Below are positions 1 to 10,822 of a DNA stretch of 64,000 bases, piece after piece. The notes beneath the pieces are model-generated. The model was not told the origin of the DNA. It made no database searches and saw only the letters and a program-made list of their open reading frames with translations. Both the position numbers and the translations under genes were made by a program. Each line of letters starts with the position of its first letter. Position 1 is the first letter of the stretch. The DNA comes from Candidatus Woesearchaeota archaeon (GTDB lineage Archaea; Nanobdellota; Nanobdellia; Woesearchaeales; ARS49): positions 128,001 to 192,000 of the forward strand of contig JAWADY010000002.1 of the NCBI GenBank assembly GCA_038891615.1. Reading direction: 5' to 3'.

Positions 1-76
1 CTTGATTTTATTAAAAAGTTCTTTTATTGTTTTCATGAGTGCTTATCTTAGCAAAATCACATAGGTGCAACGCTTT

Positions 77-1378
77 CTAATCTATTTTTTCAAGCCTTTC
101 TGAGACTTCCCCAACAATGCTTTTTTGAAAAAGCTCTTCTATCATATCCTTTGGATAGTTTGAGAGCAACCATGCAAGCTTAACAAAAGCAGTCTCTGGG
201 CTCATATCTGTGTGATTACCAATAACCCCGAGCTTCTGGAGTCTTCGTCCTGTTGAATAGACATCAAGGTCTATTCTACCATAAATTGTTTGAGAAGCCA
301 TTGCCACAACAGTACCAGAGCTCACAAGCCTTGAAATTGCCTCTGCAATCTTTGAGTGTTCTTTCGTTGCAACATCGCTCTCATTTATTGGTGCATGGCC
401 AAGACCCGTGCCTTCAATGACAAGTCCATCATAGCCCTTGAAGGCAAGAAACTCCTCAGCAGACATGTTTGGATGAACTTTCAGCAGCCCAACTTTTACA
501 GCCTCGTTTATATATGTTAGCTTTGGTTCACGCTTTGACCTTCTCTCATAGTCTTCTCTCAAAAATTCAATTTTTCGTGATGAAAAATCTACCTTTGCCC
601 ACGGAATTGTTCCAATTGCCTTAAAGGCATCCCTTCTGCTTGAGTGCATCTTTCTACATTTAGTTGCTGGAAGCACAATACAACTTTTGTCTTCAATGCT
701 TTCGTGCATGCAGACAACCACGCCTGCGAAATCCGCTCTTGCAGCAAAAAGGCAGGCAGAGAGAAGGTTTAGTGCTGCATCAGTAGATGGTCTATCAGAG
801 CTTCTTTGGCTGCCAACTAGAACAACAGGAATTGGTAAGTTCTGAAGCATGAATGAAAGCGCTGCAGAAGTGTAGTGCAGTGTGTCAGTGCCATGGGTTA
901 TCACTATTCCCCGTGCACCAGCCTTTATTTCTTTTACAATTTCCTGAGCAAGAATGTTCCAGTGATGAAAACGCATGTCCTCTGAAAAGATGTTCATCAC
1001 AAGCCTGGAACTAACATTAGCAATTTCCCAAATCTCAGGAAACTGGGCGAGAAGCTCTTCTGGGCTGAATCTTGCAACAACAGCCCCGGTGGCATAATCA
1101 ACTTTCGAGGCGATGGTTCCTCCTGTGTGAAGTATGCTGATCGTTGGCAGCCCTTTCTTTGGAATCTTTACTTTAGCTGCTTGAAGTTCTCTCTTTTTTT
1201 CAATAAGGTTGATTGAAAGAACATTTCCTTTTGCTATGCCTATGTTATAGCCAGAATCCAACTTTAGCACAAGAAATCCTTCCTCTTCGGGCATGAGCAG
1301 CCCTTCATAAGAGGCATCTGTTGTTTCAATCCTTACCCTGTCGCCGGCCGCTGCCTTAACCTCTTTTGCCACAAACAC
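77..1378 (-). CDS. gatD: Glutamyl-tRNA(Gln) amidotransferase subunit D
   Basis: N-terminal GatD barrel (LKLDSGYNIG) followed by asparaginase motifs TGGTIAS, HGTDT, GSQRSSDRPS and KMHSSRRDAF. Confidence 0.95.
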   Translation of the reverse strand: MFVAKEVKAAAGDRVRIETTDASYEGLLMPEEEGFLVLKLDSGYNIGIAKGNVLSINLIEKKRELQAAKVKIPKKGLPTISILHTGGTIASKVDYATGAVVARFSPEELLAQFPEIWEIANVSSRLVMNIFSEDMRFHHWNILAQEIVKEIKAGARGIVITHGTDTLHYTSAALSFMLQNLPIPVVLVGSQRSSDRPSTDAALNLLSACLFAARADFAGVVVCMHESIEDKSCIVLPATKCRKMHSSRRDAFKAIGTIPWAKVDFSSRKIEFLREDYERRSKREPKLTYINEAVKVGLLKVHPNMSAEEFLAFKGYDGLVIEGTGLGHAPINESDVATKEHSKIAEAISRLVSSGTVVAMASQTIYGRIDLDVYSTGRRLQKLGVIGNHTDMSPETAFVKLAWLLSNYPKDMIEELFQKSIVGEVSERLEKID

Positions 1379-1399
1379 CCTTCCCCTTTTTGTCAGTTT

Positions 1400-3691
1400 T
1401 CAGCCAAAGTAAACAGGCTTTTCTTCTTCCATCGCCTTTGCCCTTGCAGACCTGAATTTGTTGAGGAGCTTTGCATAAGCATCTTCAATATCTTTGGTTA
1501 CAGATGGAGGGACCTTCTTAAGGGCTTCTGCAAAATGTTTTGATGTTACGCCACTTGCTGCAATGTTTTCACGCAGCGCAAGTATTGCTGCTTCTCTACA
1601 AACTGCTTCGATGTCCGCTCCAACATATCCTTGTGTCTTCTTTGCAAGCTCTTCCAAGTCAACATCCTTCAATGGCATTCCTTTTGTGTGCACTTTGAAA
1701 ATTTCAAGCCTTGCCTTCTCGTCTGGTACAGGCGTTAGAATTATTCGATCAAATCGCCCTGGCCTTAATAGTGCTGTATCCAACATGTCAGGCCTGTTAG
1801 TTGCTCCAATGACCACAACATCATGCAGCTCTTCCAGCCCATCTATTTCGGTTAGCATTTGGTTCACAACTCTCTCTGTGACGTGGCTGTCAGAACTGAT
1901 ACCTCTTCTTGGGCATAGGCTATCTATTTCATCAAAAAATATTATTGTTGGAGCTGTCTGTCTTGCCTTCTTGAAAACATCTCGAACAGCCTTTTCCGAT
2001 TCTCCAACAAACTTTGATAGCAGCTCTGGCCCTTTCACAAGTATGAAGTTTGCTTCACTTTCTGTTGCAACAGCTTTTGCGAGCAGAGTTTTCCCTGTTC
2101 CAGGCGCACCATAAAGCAGTATTCCTTTTGGAGGCTTCACTCCAAGCCTTTTGAAGGAGTCTGGATACTTCAGTGGCCATTCAACAGCCTCCTTTAGCTC
2201 TTGCTTAACCCCTTCAAGTCCGCCTATGCTCTCCCAGCGAACATTCGGCTTTTCAACGAACACTTCACGCAAGGCACTTGGACGTACAACCTTAAGTGCC
2301 TCTTTGAAGTCGGCTTTGGTTACCTTGAGTTTTTCAAGAACTTCTTTTGGAACAGTCTCGTCATACTTAAGGTCAGGCATTACCCTTCTAAGAACTATCA
2401 TCGCAGCCTCTTTTGCCAGCGCTGCAAGGTCTGCTCCAACAAAGCCATGCGTTATTGCTGCAAGTTCCTTTAGGTCCACATCCTTTGCGAGAGGCATATT
2501 TCTTGTGTGAATTTTCAAAATGTTTAGCCTGCCCTCAAGGTTTGGTACGCCTATTTCAAGCTCTCTGTCAAACCTTCCAGGCCTTCTCAGCGCTGGGTCG
2601 AGCATATTTGGAACATTTGTTGCTGCGATGACAACAATTTTACCCCTTGATTTCAAGCCGTCCATGAGTGAAAGAAGTTGTGCAACCATTCTTCGTTCCA
2701 CTTCTCCCCTCGTTTCTTCACGCTTTGGAGCTATTGCATCAATCTCATCAATGAATATGATTGCAGGGGCATTTTTTTCAGCTTCTTCAAACTTTTTCCT
2801 TATGTTTGCCTCGCTCTCGCCATAAAACTTGCTAACAATTTCAGGACCATTTATTACAATGAATGCCGCATTTGTTTCGTTTGCTATCGCCTTTGCAAGT
2901 AACGTTTTTCCAGTTCCAGGCGGACCGTGAAGGAGAACCCCCTTTGGAGGCTCTATTCCAAGTTTTTCAAAAACCTCTGGATGTTTAAGAGGAACCTCAA
3001 TCATTTCTCTCAATTTTTTAAGTTCCTCATCAAGTCCGCCAATATCTTCATATGTAACCTCAGGAACAGATTCTTCTTCTATCTTAATCGCTTCTGGATT
3101 TAGCAGTATCTCTGTACTTTCTGTTACAATTACTGGGCTTTTTGGAGGGCTTACTTCTGCAACAGCAAATTTGAGGTCTCCAAAGCCCCCAAAAGCAAGT
3201 TCTGGCTCAAAATCAAAAAGAGTGTCAGTGAGCTGCTTGAAAATTTCATCATAGAAAGGGTTACCAACCATCATTGTTTTCCTTCGTCTTGTCCCACCAA
3301 GCGCGATTATGTCTCCCTTCACAACTGCCCTGCCAAGCAGCGCTTGGCTGAATATATCTGGTGAAGCCTTTACGACAACACCTTCCTTTGCAGGGGCTAT
3401 GACTATTCTTTTAGCCACCTTTACATCCGCCTTTCTTATCTTGACAGCCTCACCAACAGATGTTTTGGCATTCTTTCTTGTAAGGCCATCCATTCGAATT
3501 ATTTTGAGTCCAATGTCTGCAGGAAATGCGCGGTCGACAACAGCAACAGTCCTTCTTCCACCTTCTATTTCAACAACATCTCCTGCTCTTAGACCAAGCT
3601 CTTTCATAATGCTTGAATCAATTCTTACAATTCCTTTGTATGCATCATCATATACTGCTTCTGCAACCCTTAGCCTTATTTCTTTGTTCAT
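1400..3691 (-). CDS. cdc48: CDC48/VCP family AAA+ ATPase
   Basis: Double-psi N domain, two AAA modules (GPPGTGKT and GAPGTGKT; DEID; RPGRFDR), C-terminal YFG tail. Confidence 0.97.
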   Translation of the reverse strand: MNKEIRLRVAEAVYDDAYKGIVRIDSSIMKELGLRAGDVVEIEGGRRTVAVVDRAFPADIGLKIIRMDGLTRKNAKTSVGEAVKIRKADVKVAKRIVIAPAKEGVVVKASPDIFSQALLGRAVVKGDIIALGGTRRRKTMMVGNPFYDEIFKQLTDTLFDFEPELAFGGFGDLKFAVAEVSPPKSPVIVTESTEILLNPEAIKIEEESVPEVTYEDIGGLDEELKKLREMIEVPLKHPEVFEKLGIEPPKGVLLHGPPGTGKTLLAKAIANETNAAFIVINGPEIVSKFYGESEANIRKKFEEAEKNAPAIIFIDEIDAIAPKREETRGEVERRMVAQLLSLMDGLKSRGKIVVIAATNVPNMLDPALRRPGRFDRELEIGVPNLEGRLNILKIHTRNMPLAKDVDLKELAAITHGFVGADLAALAKEAAMIVLRRVMPDLKYDETVPKEVLEKLKVTKADFKEALKVVRPSALREVFVEKPNVRWESIGGLEGVKQELKEAVEWPLKYPDSFKRLGVKPPKGILLYGAPGTGKTLLAKAVATESEANFILVKGPELLSKFVGESEKAVRDVFKKARQTAPTIIFFDEIDSLCPRRGISSDSHVTERVVNQMLTEIDGLEELHDVVVIGATNRPDMLDTALLRPGRFDRIILTPVPDEKARLEIFKVHTKGMPLKDVDLEELAKKTQGYVGADIEAVCREAAILALRENIAASGVTSKHFAEALKKVPPSVTKDIEDAYAKLLNKFRSARAKAMEEEKPVYFG

Positions 3692-4161
3692 TTTGACTTC
3701 ACTCCTTTTTCCCTAGCCTTTTTCTTTCCAGCCTTTAGGACAGATTCTTCTTTGCCTTTTTCAGCCTTTCCTTTATTAATGAAGAATAGACTTATCTTTC
3801 CAGGCTGTTCAAGGCAAAGCCTCACCATCCTGTCCATTCGCTCCTTCATCCTAGCAAACCTTTCAAAATGGCTTGCCATCTCCTGCTCAAGTTCATTGTG
3901 AAAATCGATTATTTCTCTTGGTATGGAAACTGCCCAACTATTGCCAACCATTCGAAGTTTTACAGAAAACTCGCGCTGTCTTAGCTTATTAAAGTCTTCA
4001 TACTCCTTTAAATCAGAAGGGTGATACCACTGCCTACCGCATTCTGGGCATTTCCAGTATCGAAGTTGGAAGCCTTCTTTCATTGCAACTCCTCTTTCAG
4101 TCTTTTTTTCACAATCCTCACAAAGTATGGTAGCATCAAAGATGTCTCCCATTTGTATCAA
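3688..4161 (-). CDS. Zn-ribbon plus AbrB/MazE-like DNA-binding protein, overlapping the cdc48 start
   Basis: CEDC...CPEC zinc ribbon, then [17 protein letters not shown] swapped-hairpin signature; the real start may be the ATG of MGDIFD near 4152. Confidence 0.7.
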   Translation of the reverse strand: MIQMGDIFDATILCEDCEKKTERGVAMKEGFQLRYWKCPECGRQWYHPSDLKEYEDFNKLRQREFSVKLRMVGNSWAVSIPREIIDFHNELEQEMASHFERFARMKERMDRMVRLCLEQPGKISLFFINKGKAEKGKEESVLKAGKKKAREKGVKSK

Positions 4162-4364
4162 CCCTTAGTATATACAGGAGAAATATACAATTGGTATATA
4201 AAGCTTTCGGTCTGTGCTTTTGTTAGGTAGAAATTAAGAAAATGATTGCCTTTTACACAGACGTGGCTATATGCCGTATAAATTATTTATACTAAATTTA
4301 TTTAAGTACCGTTAAAGGGTATATTTGCTTCACTCCTCTAAAACAATATTTATTTCGGAATTAA

Positions 4365-4838
4365 ATTTCTCTATTTTTCCTTGGGAAAAATATACTGCAT
4401 GTTTTTTTATATCCAGAAAAAAACTGGGAGAGCAATTTTAAAAGTACTTTACTTCACGAATTTGCTCATTGTATTCAACCTTATTACTCTTATAGAATGA
4501 ATGTTTTTGAACATTTAATTGCCGATGGTCTAGCTGAACACTTTCAAATGGCCTTTACCAAAAAAAGAAATCCTTGGACAAGAGCTATAAGTAAAAAAGA
4601 TGCGATTAAGATATTTAAGGGACTAATTGATAATATAAATAAAAGTATGGAAAAAAATTATTCTTTTCATACAGCCCTATTCTTTGGAAATAACAAATAT
4701 CCTTTGTGGAGTGGGTACACAATCGGATTTTATTTAGCAAAGGACATATTAAAGGGAAATAAAAAAATAAACTGGAGAGCAGTATTAAAAAAGAGTCCTT
4801 TTAGCTTCAAAAATAAATTAAAGAAGTGGTTCTATTAG
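4365..4838 (+). pseudogene. 5'-truncated DUF2268-like Zn-dependent protease fragment in an AT-rich patch
   Basis: The frame of ORF 4497-4838 stays open back to a TAA at 4362-4364 and reads ...TLLHEFAHC... upstream of the first ATG; ADGLAEHF and YPLWSGYTIGF follow; no ATG precedes the HExxH motif. Confidence 0.6.
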
Positions 4839-4883
4839 GTAAGCACTTCCATCTCCTCATGTGAGGTCTACTGCCCTGTTGTC

Positions 4884-5300
4884 TTACTTCTTTTCTTTTG
4901 CCACAACCTTCGGCAGCTGGATTGAAGGAGGCAAACCCATCTCCTTGCCAAGAAGAAGCGCCTCCACCGAACATTGTGTGAGGCAGTGATTAAGAACTTC
5001 TGTCATTACCTCTTCAGGAATCTTTTTTTCGCTCTTCCATCCTTTTTCTATTTCTTCAATTCGTTCAGGTTTGTCAAAGTAAACAAGTTCACCATTGAGC
5101 GATATAAGAGCTATTTTTGGCTCATAAGCTGCCTTGAACTCAAACGAAAACTTTGCTCCCTTGCCTTTTGCAGGGCCAAGGGATAAATCTATTTTTTCAA
5201 CTCCAGTTATACTGATGTTGTTGGATATGCTTATTTTTCCTCTCACAGGCGCGTTCTTCTCAACAACAATTTTGTTAAATCCAAAACCAATGATTGCCAT
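4884..5300 (-). CDS. Conserved archaeal hypothetical protein (beta-rich with C-terminal helix and LPP motif)
   Basis: Start re-placed at MAIIGFGFNK (ATG 5300), about 23 nt from a TTTAAATA box; the longer ORF would overlap the divergent antiporter. Confidence 0.75.
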   Translation of the reverse strand: MAIIGFGFNKIVVEKNAPVRGKISISNNISITGVEKIDLSLGPAKGKGAKFSFEFKAAYEPKIALISLNGELVYFDKPERIEEIEKGWKSEKKIPEEVMTEVLNHCLTQCSVEALLLGKEMGLPPSIQLPKVVAKEKK

Positions 5301-5412
5301 TTTTATTGTGTTTTTTGAAGAATATTTAAAGGCTTCGATTCTGCAAGCAACAACTGCTTTAAATTGAGTACCGACCGCAACCATTTTATACCCACCCAAC
5401 GAGCCTTCTAAA

Positions 5413-6366
5413 ATGGCGGCTGAACCCTTTCTTCTAAACATAACTGTGCTTCTTGCAAGCCTCTTTCTACTTTTCAAGGCTGCAGACCTAATTGTTTATG
5501 GCATTAGCGATTACGCAAGAAGGCTAGGTCTCTCAGATTACATAATCGGGCTTATTGTTGTTGCGTTTTCACTCTCGGCTCCAGAGCTCATCTCTTCACT
5601 TTTCGGCTTTATGCTTGGCAAGACTGAGCTTTTTCTTGGGATAATTCTTGGTGCAAACATGGTTCATTTTGCACTTTCAATCGGGCTTCTGTTGGTTGTT
5701 GGAAAGAAGCTTAGGTTTGACAATCCGATTCTTGGCAAACAAAAGCTTTTTGCGTGGCTACTGCTCATGCTACCATTTCTTCTTATGATAGATGGTGAGC
5801 TGTCAAGGTTTAATGGTGCAATCCTTCTTGCAGCTTTTTTTGTTTATCTTGGTGTGCTATGGATACAAGAGGGTAGGCTTGGTAAGTTGAAGAAAAGGAT
5901 AGCACTTAGGACAATCTGGCGTGATGCGATAATCTTTCTCGGAAGCCTTGTTGCACTCCTTCTTGCAGGAAGATGGCTTGTCTTCAGCACAATCAATCTT
6001 TCAGCCATTACAGGAATAACTCCTTATCTTCTTTCTGTTACCATTATGGGCATTGCAACAACAATCCCTGATTTCGTTGTCCAACTTCGTTCAATCATCA
6101 AAGGTCATACTGATATTGGCATTGGTGATGCCATTGGAAGCGCCATTATAGAGTTGGTGCTTTTTTTTGGCTTGGTTGCGCTCATAAAGCCTTTTAAAAT
6201 CGCTTTTGCCGAGATTGGTACAACCCTTCTATTCCTTGCACTTTCTATCAGCACAATCTTTCTCCTCACGAACAAGAAAGAAGGAACCTGGAAGCATGGC
6301 ATTCTTCTCATCGCGCTCTATGTTCTTTTTGTCCTCATCGAGCTTGCCAAGATTCAAGTGCTCTAA
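5413..6366 (+). CDS. Sodium/calcium antiporter (CaCA, YrbG-like)
   Basis: About 10 TM helices with two alpha repeats (SLSAPEL...ILGAN and ATTIPDF...AIGS). Confidence 0.88.
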   Translation: MAAEPFLLNITVLLASLFLLFKAADLIVYGISDYARRLGLSDYIIGLIVVAFSLSAPELISSLFGFMLGKTELFLGIILGANMVHFALSIGLLLVVGKKLRFDNPILGKQKLFAWLLLMLPFLLMIDGELSRFNGAILLAAFFVYLGVLWIQEGRLGKLKKRIALRTIWRDAIIFLGSLVALLLAGRWLVFSTINLSAITGITPYLLSVTIMGIATTIPDFVVQLRSIIKGHTDIGIGDAIGSAIIELVLFFGLVALIKPFKIAFAEIGTTLLFLALSISTIFLLTNKKEGTWKHGILLIALYVLFVLIELAKIQVL

Positions 6367-6378
6367 GGAGTAAACAAA

Positions 6379-7365
6379 CTAACTACCATGAATCCATACA
6401 TGTGCAAGAAGTGGAAAGACAAGAGTTGCTTCTGCATCGATTGCAACAGAATTTTTAGAACTTTTTAGTTTGTTCCAGCTCACCGCTTCCTTTGGCTTTG
6501 CTCCTGAAAGACTGCCATCATACTCATTACCCGTACTTATATAGATTGCATAGTCAAGGCCATCTCGCAGGATTGCAGCACCAATTAAGTGATGCTTAGC
6601 AATTCCCCCTCCTAAAATAACCGCGCCGATCCTCTTTGGCTCAAGAATAAGTTTGTAGAACTTTGTTAGGTCTGCTGCGGCATCAATGATGAGCTTTTCA
6701 TCAGCATGTCTTTTTTCGTTAAAGATAAAAAAATGGTCTCCGAGCGCGCCATCGACAAAGCCTGGGCAGAAAATCGGAACTTCGTTTTTTGCAGCCCAAT
6801 AAAGCACAGACCTTTTGTCACTTAATTTTTTTCCAATCTCTGCTATGTATTCGCTTGGCACAATCGTCCTGCTCTTAAGGCAAAAGTCTTTCAGAAAGTC
6901 ATTGTGCCATTTTTCAAGCGCTATGTAACTTTCATCGGATACAAATATGTTTCCTATTCTATTAAGCTTGTTTGCCTTTACTTCGTTGTCATCCACATCA
7001 AAACTTCCTAGCAGGAATGGTGATAAGGTCTTTATGACATCCTCTTCGACAAATGCAGTTGTTGCAACAATTCCCTTAACAAGCTTTAGCTTTACAAGCT
7101 GTGCAACAATCTCCCGCAGGCCAGAGCTTATGATGTTTGCGCTGCATGAAAGAAAGATGGATGCCTCTTCTTTTTTCATCCTTTCAAGAAGTTCTGCTGC
7201 CCTGCCCAGTTGACTTGCCTGAAATCCAAGATTTTTATATCTCTTAACAAGCGAGGTAACATCTAATCCTTTCTCGAGCTCAAAACCTGTTATTTTCTCA
7301 AGGCTGCCAGCATCAATGCTGTTCTCGCTTCTTCTTCTCCTAAATAAGCGATTTTCTATCTCCAC
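6379..7365 (-). CDS. dys: Deoxyhypusine synthase
   Basis: GFQAS, NIISSGLRE, NRIGNIFV, ILGGGIAKHH and DGSLSGAKPKEAVSWNK motifs. Confidence 0.95.
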   Translation of the reverse strand: MEIENRLFRRRRSENSIDAGSLEKITGFELEKGLDVTSLVKRYKNLGFQASQLGRAAELLERMKKEEASIFLSCSANIISSGLREIVAQLVKLKLVKGIVATTAFVEEDVIKTLSPFLLGSFDVDDNEVKANKLNRIGNIFVSDESYIALEKWHNDFLKDFCLKSRTIVPSEYIAEIGKKLSDKRSVLYWAAKNEVPIFCPGFVDGALGDHFFIFNEKRHADEKLIIDAAADLTKFYKLILEPKRIGAVILGGGIAKHHLIGAAILRDGLDYAIYISTGNEYDGSLSGAKPKEAVSWNKLKSSKNSVAIDAEATLVFPLLAHVWIHGS

Positions 7366-7415
7366 CCTATTTTATCAGCAAGAAAGGGATTTTTAAAGCT
7401 TTTCCAACTAGCTGT

Positions 7416-10400
7416 TTATTGCCCGCACCCGCCTACCCTTTCACCGCAATTTTCACACTCATAGCAATTCGAAGAAACCTGTCTTAGTAGGGCTCCACAA
7501 ATCCTACAAGAGACTCCTTTAGTGTTTGTGCCATTATACTTTTTGCTTTGCTTCGAAGCAGGTTTTTCTTGAGAAGGCTGGATAAAGCCTCCAACTTCTG
7601 GATCATTTAGCACAAACTGGATATCCCAATCCCAATCAGCAATTGACATTTTTCTGTAAGTCCTGAATGCTCCGTTTTTGAATCCTCGAAGTTCCTCAAC
7701 TTTTACATCCTCAGGATTCGTAGCGAACTCTTTCTTGCCAAGGTACTCCAGCAGCAAAAGCTTTGCTGCAAAATCCAATGGCGAGGTCGCGGTCTTGATA
7801 TAGGCATGTCCAGAAACAATTCCATGTGGTTCAAATTTGTGACCCAACCATCCATCGAGAGCCTCTTCCAAACTAACACCACGCTTTAATGCCTTTGAGA
7901 TTGTTATGCCATTTATAGAGAGAAGTGTTGGAACCTCATGCCCAGACTTGTAGGAAAGCAGAACAATCTGCCCTGGCCTGCCATCCGGATATTCTCTAAC
8001 ATTGACATGAAAAGGCACACCACCAATCTTTACTTCCCATTCATGAGCCACACTATCTGAAGGTAAATCTTCCTTTTCCCCTCGCTTTAACTCTACATAA
8101 CTTTTGTTTCCAAAGTTAAGGGGACTTATTGGTTTGCTGTTGTTTCTAAAGATTGCAAGTGCTTTTAATCCAAGCTTGTAACCAAGGATATAGCCATCAT
8201 AGATTTCTTTCACCGTTGCGGTCTCGGGTAGGTTGTTTGTCTTTGATATTGCGCCTGAAATAAATTTCTGTACTGCGCCAACCATTCGAACATGCCCTTC
8301 AAAACTTATCGCACCTTCGCCCTTCTCATTGCCAAAGGCAGTTGCAAAAACTCCATAATGGCTTGGACTGAGATGCGGCGCTCCAATCACTGTGTTCCTT
8401 TCCTTTATGTAGTTAGAAATGTCTGTTATTTGGGATTGGCTATAACCAAGATTCGTGAGTGCGTTTAAAACCTCTCTGTTTACAATGACCACAGTTCCTC
8501 CGCCAGCAAGGTCTTTTTGTATTCTTAGCGCAATCGCAGGCTCTATACCTGTTGTATCACAATCCATTAAGTAAGATATTGTTCCTGTTGGTGCCAAGAC
8601 TGTTACTTGAGCGTTTCTGAAGCCGTACTCCTCTCCTTTCTTAACAACCTTTTCCCACGTATCATATACAGCACTCTTCAAAGCTTTCTCTTCAGAAATC
8701 TCATCCCAAGCTATGTCATCCAGGTACTTGGCGTGTCTTTTTAAAACCTCAAGCATTGGCTTTTTGTTGAACTCGTAGTGAACAAAGCTCCCAAGCTCTT
8801 TTGCCATCTCTGCAGACATCTCATACGCGCTTCCAGTCATCAAAGCAGCAATCGCAGCAGCAAAAGCCCTTCCCTTTTCTGAGTCGTATGGTATTCCTTT
8901 TCTCATCAAAAGCGCGCCAAGGTTTGCATATCCAATCCCAATAGTCCTAAACTCTGGACTTGTCTCTGCAATGTCCCGTATGGGGTAAGAAGCTGCATCA
9001 TTTATTATATCGAGTGCTATTGCTATTAGCTTGTTTGCCCTCTTAAACTTTTCAACATCAAAATTTCCCTTTTCGTCAGCAAATGCAAGAAGGTTTGTTG
9101 AAGCAAGATTGCAAGAGGTGTCATTCAGAAACATATATTCGGAACAGGGATTGCTTGAGTTTATCCTTCCTGAGTTCTTGCATGTGTGCATCCTCTGTAT
9201 TTCAGTTTCATACTGCACGCCAGGATCTCCAACCCTCCAGCTTCCAAAAGCAATTGCTTTGAGTAGGTAATCTGCAGGAATTTTTTCAACAACCTTGCCA
9301 TCTGTTACCCTTTTGAGTTCTATTTCCTCGCCTCTCTCTAGCTTTTTAAAGAATTCCTCATCGAGCCTTATCGATATGTTTGTATTTTGAAAAGCTACCG
9401 TCGTATAAGCTTCTCCATCCATGCCAGGAGAATAGCCATTTTTCATCAAAACTAATGCCTTTTTATCTTCCAATGTTTTGCACATAATAAACTTCATAAC
9501 ATCTGGATGGTTATATCTTATTGTTGTCATCCTTGCAGCTCTTCTTGATTTTCCTCCAGACTTTATTGTACCTGCACAATTGTCATATATCTTAAAGAAA
9601 GAAAGAGGTCCTGAGGCACTCCCCCCTCCTGACAGTGGCTCTCCCTCTGCCCGTATGTTGCTAAGGTCCTGTCCTATGCCTGAGCCTGCAGAAAAAATTG
9701 CTCCCTCATCTCGCACATGCTGCATAAGGCTCTCTAAGTCATCCCGTGGCCCTTTTATGAAACATGCATGACATTGCGGTCTCAAGTATTCCCCCTCAAC
9801 TATCTCAACAACATTTCCATTTATTGGGTTGCGCCAGAAGCTCTTCCCCCCGCTTCCCTTTATTCCATACTCAGTGTAAAGTCCTGCGTTGAATTGCACA
9901 GGAGAATTGAAGGCGAACATCCTATGAAGTTGCATCCATTTTAGTTCTTCCGCAAATGCTTTCTTGTCCTCTTCGCTCTTAAAATAACCGAACTCAAATC
10001 CAGCTTCTGCTATGAAATTTGTAACCCTATTTATTAAGTGCTTTAGTGAAAACTCGTAATCTCTGACTTTTAGTTTTTCCTTAATTTTCTCTTTCCACAG
10101 CTCATTTTTTGGTTTGAAGAAATACTTTTGAGCAACTATTGCGGCAGCCACGTCGCTCCAGCCCTTTGGAAATTCTGCATCCATTGAAAAAATGACCTTG
10201 CCAGAGGAATCTTTAATCTCAAGCTTTTTGATTTCGTATTCCACAGTGTCAAATGGATCTTTTTTACCATCCGTAAAATAACGTTCTATTTTCAATCCAG
10301 CCATATTGGCTTTTTGCGCATAAACCCTTCCAATATCGAGCCTGTCAAGAAATTTTTCTCCTTTGAATTCGTACACCTTCAGAAGACCTTGCTCTATGGC

Positions 10401-10589
10401 ATTTTTGAGCTTTTCCACCTCTAGCCCTGCTTCTGATACAAGACTATGCGCATTATCCATACTTATATGCCTCTCCCTGTCATAGCAGCTGAGGGCAGTC
10501 TTTGTGTAACTTGAAAGAAGAACGCTTTCAAGCCCATCCTTGCCTTTCATTACATCGGCAAACCCTACAACACTGTTAGTGTTTTCCAA
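7416..10589 (-). CDS. nrdJ: Class II (adenosylcobalamin-dependent) ribonucleotide reductase
   Basis: FNSPVQFN, PQCHACFI, KSGGKSRRAARM, SNPCSEY radical Cys, APTGTIS, GAISKT; C-terminal TSCPD-like and Zn-ribbon tail; start codon uncertain. Confidence 0.95.
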   Translation of the reverse strand: MENTNSVVGFADVMKGKDGLESVLLSSYTKTALSCYDRERHISMDNAHSLVSEAGLEVEKLKNAIEQGLLKVYEFKGEKFLDRLDIGRVYAQKANMAGLKIERYFTDGKKDPFDTVEYEIKKLEIKDSSGKVIFSMDAEFPKGWSDVAAAIVAQKYFFKPKNELWKEKIKEKLKVRDYEFSLKHLINRVTNFIAEAGFEFGYFKSEEDKKAFAEELKWMQLHRMFAFNSPVQFNAGLYTEYGIKGSGGKSFWRNPINGNVVEIVEGEYLRPQCHACFIKGPRDDLESLMQHVRDEGAIFSAGSGIGQDLSNIRAEGEPLSGGGSASGPLSFFKIYDNCAGTIKSGGKSRRAARMTTIRYNHPDVMKFIMCKTLEDKKALVLMKNGYSPGMDGEAYTTVAFQNTNISIRLDEEFFKKLERGEEIELKRVTDGKVVEKIPADYLLKAIAFGSWRVGDPGVQYETEIQRMHTCKNSGRINSSNPCSEYMFLNDTSCNLASTNLLAFADEKGNFDVEKFKRANKLIAIALDIINDAASYPIRDIAETSPEFRTIGIGYANLGALLMRKGIPYDSEKGRAFAAAIAALMTGSAYEMSAEMAKELGSFVHYEFNKKPMLEVLKRHAKYLDDIAWDEISEEKALKSAVYDTWEKVVKKGEEYGFRNAQVTVLAPTGTISYLMDCDTTGIEPAIALRIQKDLAGGGTVVIVNREVLNALTNLGYSQSQITDISNYIKERNTVIGAPHLSPSHYGVFATAFGNEKGEGAISFEGHVRMVGAVQKFISGAISKTNNLPETATVKEIYDGYILGYKLGLKALAIFRNNSKPISPLNFGNKSYVELKRGEKEDLPSDSVAHEWEVKIGGVPFHVNVREYPDGRPGQIVLLSYKSGHEVPTLLSINGITISKALKRGVSLEEALDGWLGHKFEPHGIVSGHAYIKTATSPLDFAAKLLLLEYLGKKEFATNPEDVKVEELRGFKNGAFRTYRKMSIADWDWDIQFVLNDPEVGGFIQPSQEKPASKQSKKYNGTNTKGVSCRICGALLRQVSSNCYECENCGERVGGCGQ

Positions 10590-10822
10590 TTTTCATCAAC
10601 CCAACTTCAGCCCAAGTCCTAAGCGCTGTCCTTAAATCAGTGGTTTTTGAGCTCATGCAGCGCATTTTTTGCAACCCAAAGCGATTTTCCAACTTTATAA
10701 GAATTGTTATTCTTTGGAATGTATTCTGCAAAAATTATTTTGTCATTAAGTGGTGTTGGTCAAACAAACCTTTGACGAATGCAACCACAACATTTTAAAA
10801 CTGCTCATGCAAGCCACATCTC

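Noticed and set aside
1494-3716. Numerous antisense ORFs opposite cdc48, and similar shadows opposite nrdJ, smc, alaS, infB and ppsA
   Set aside because: They lie wholly opposite well-supported genes, are Ser/Phe-rich mirror translations and carry no motifs.
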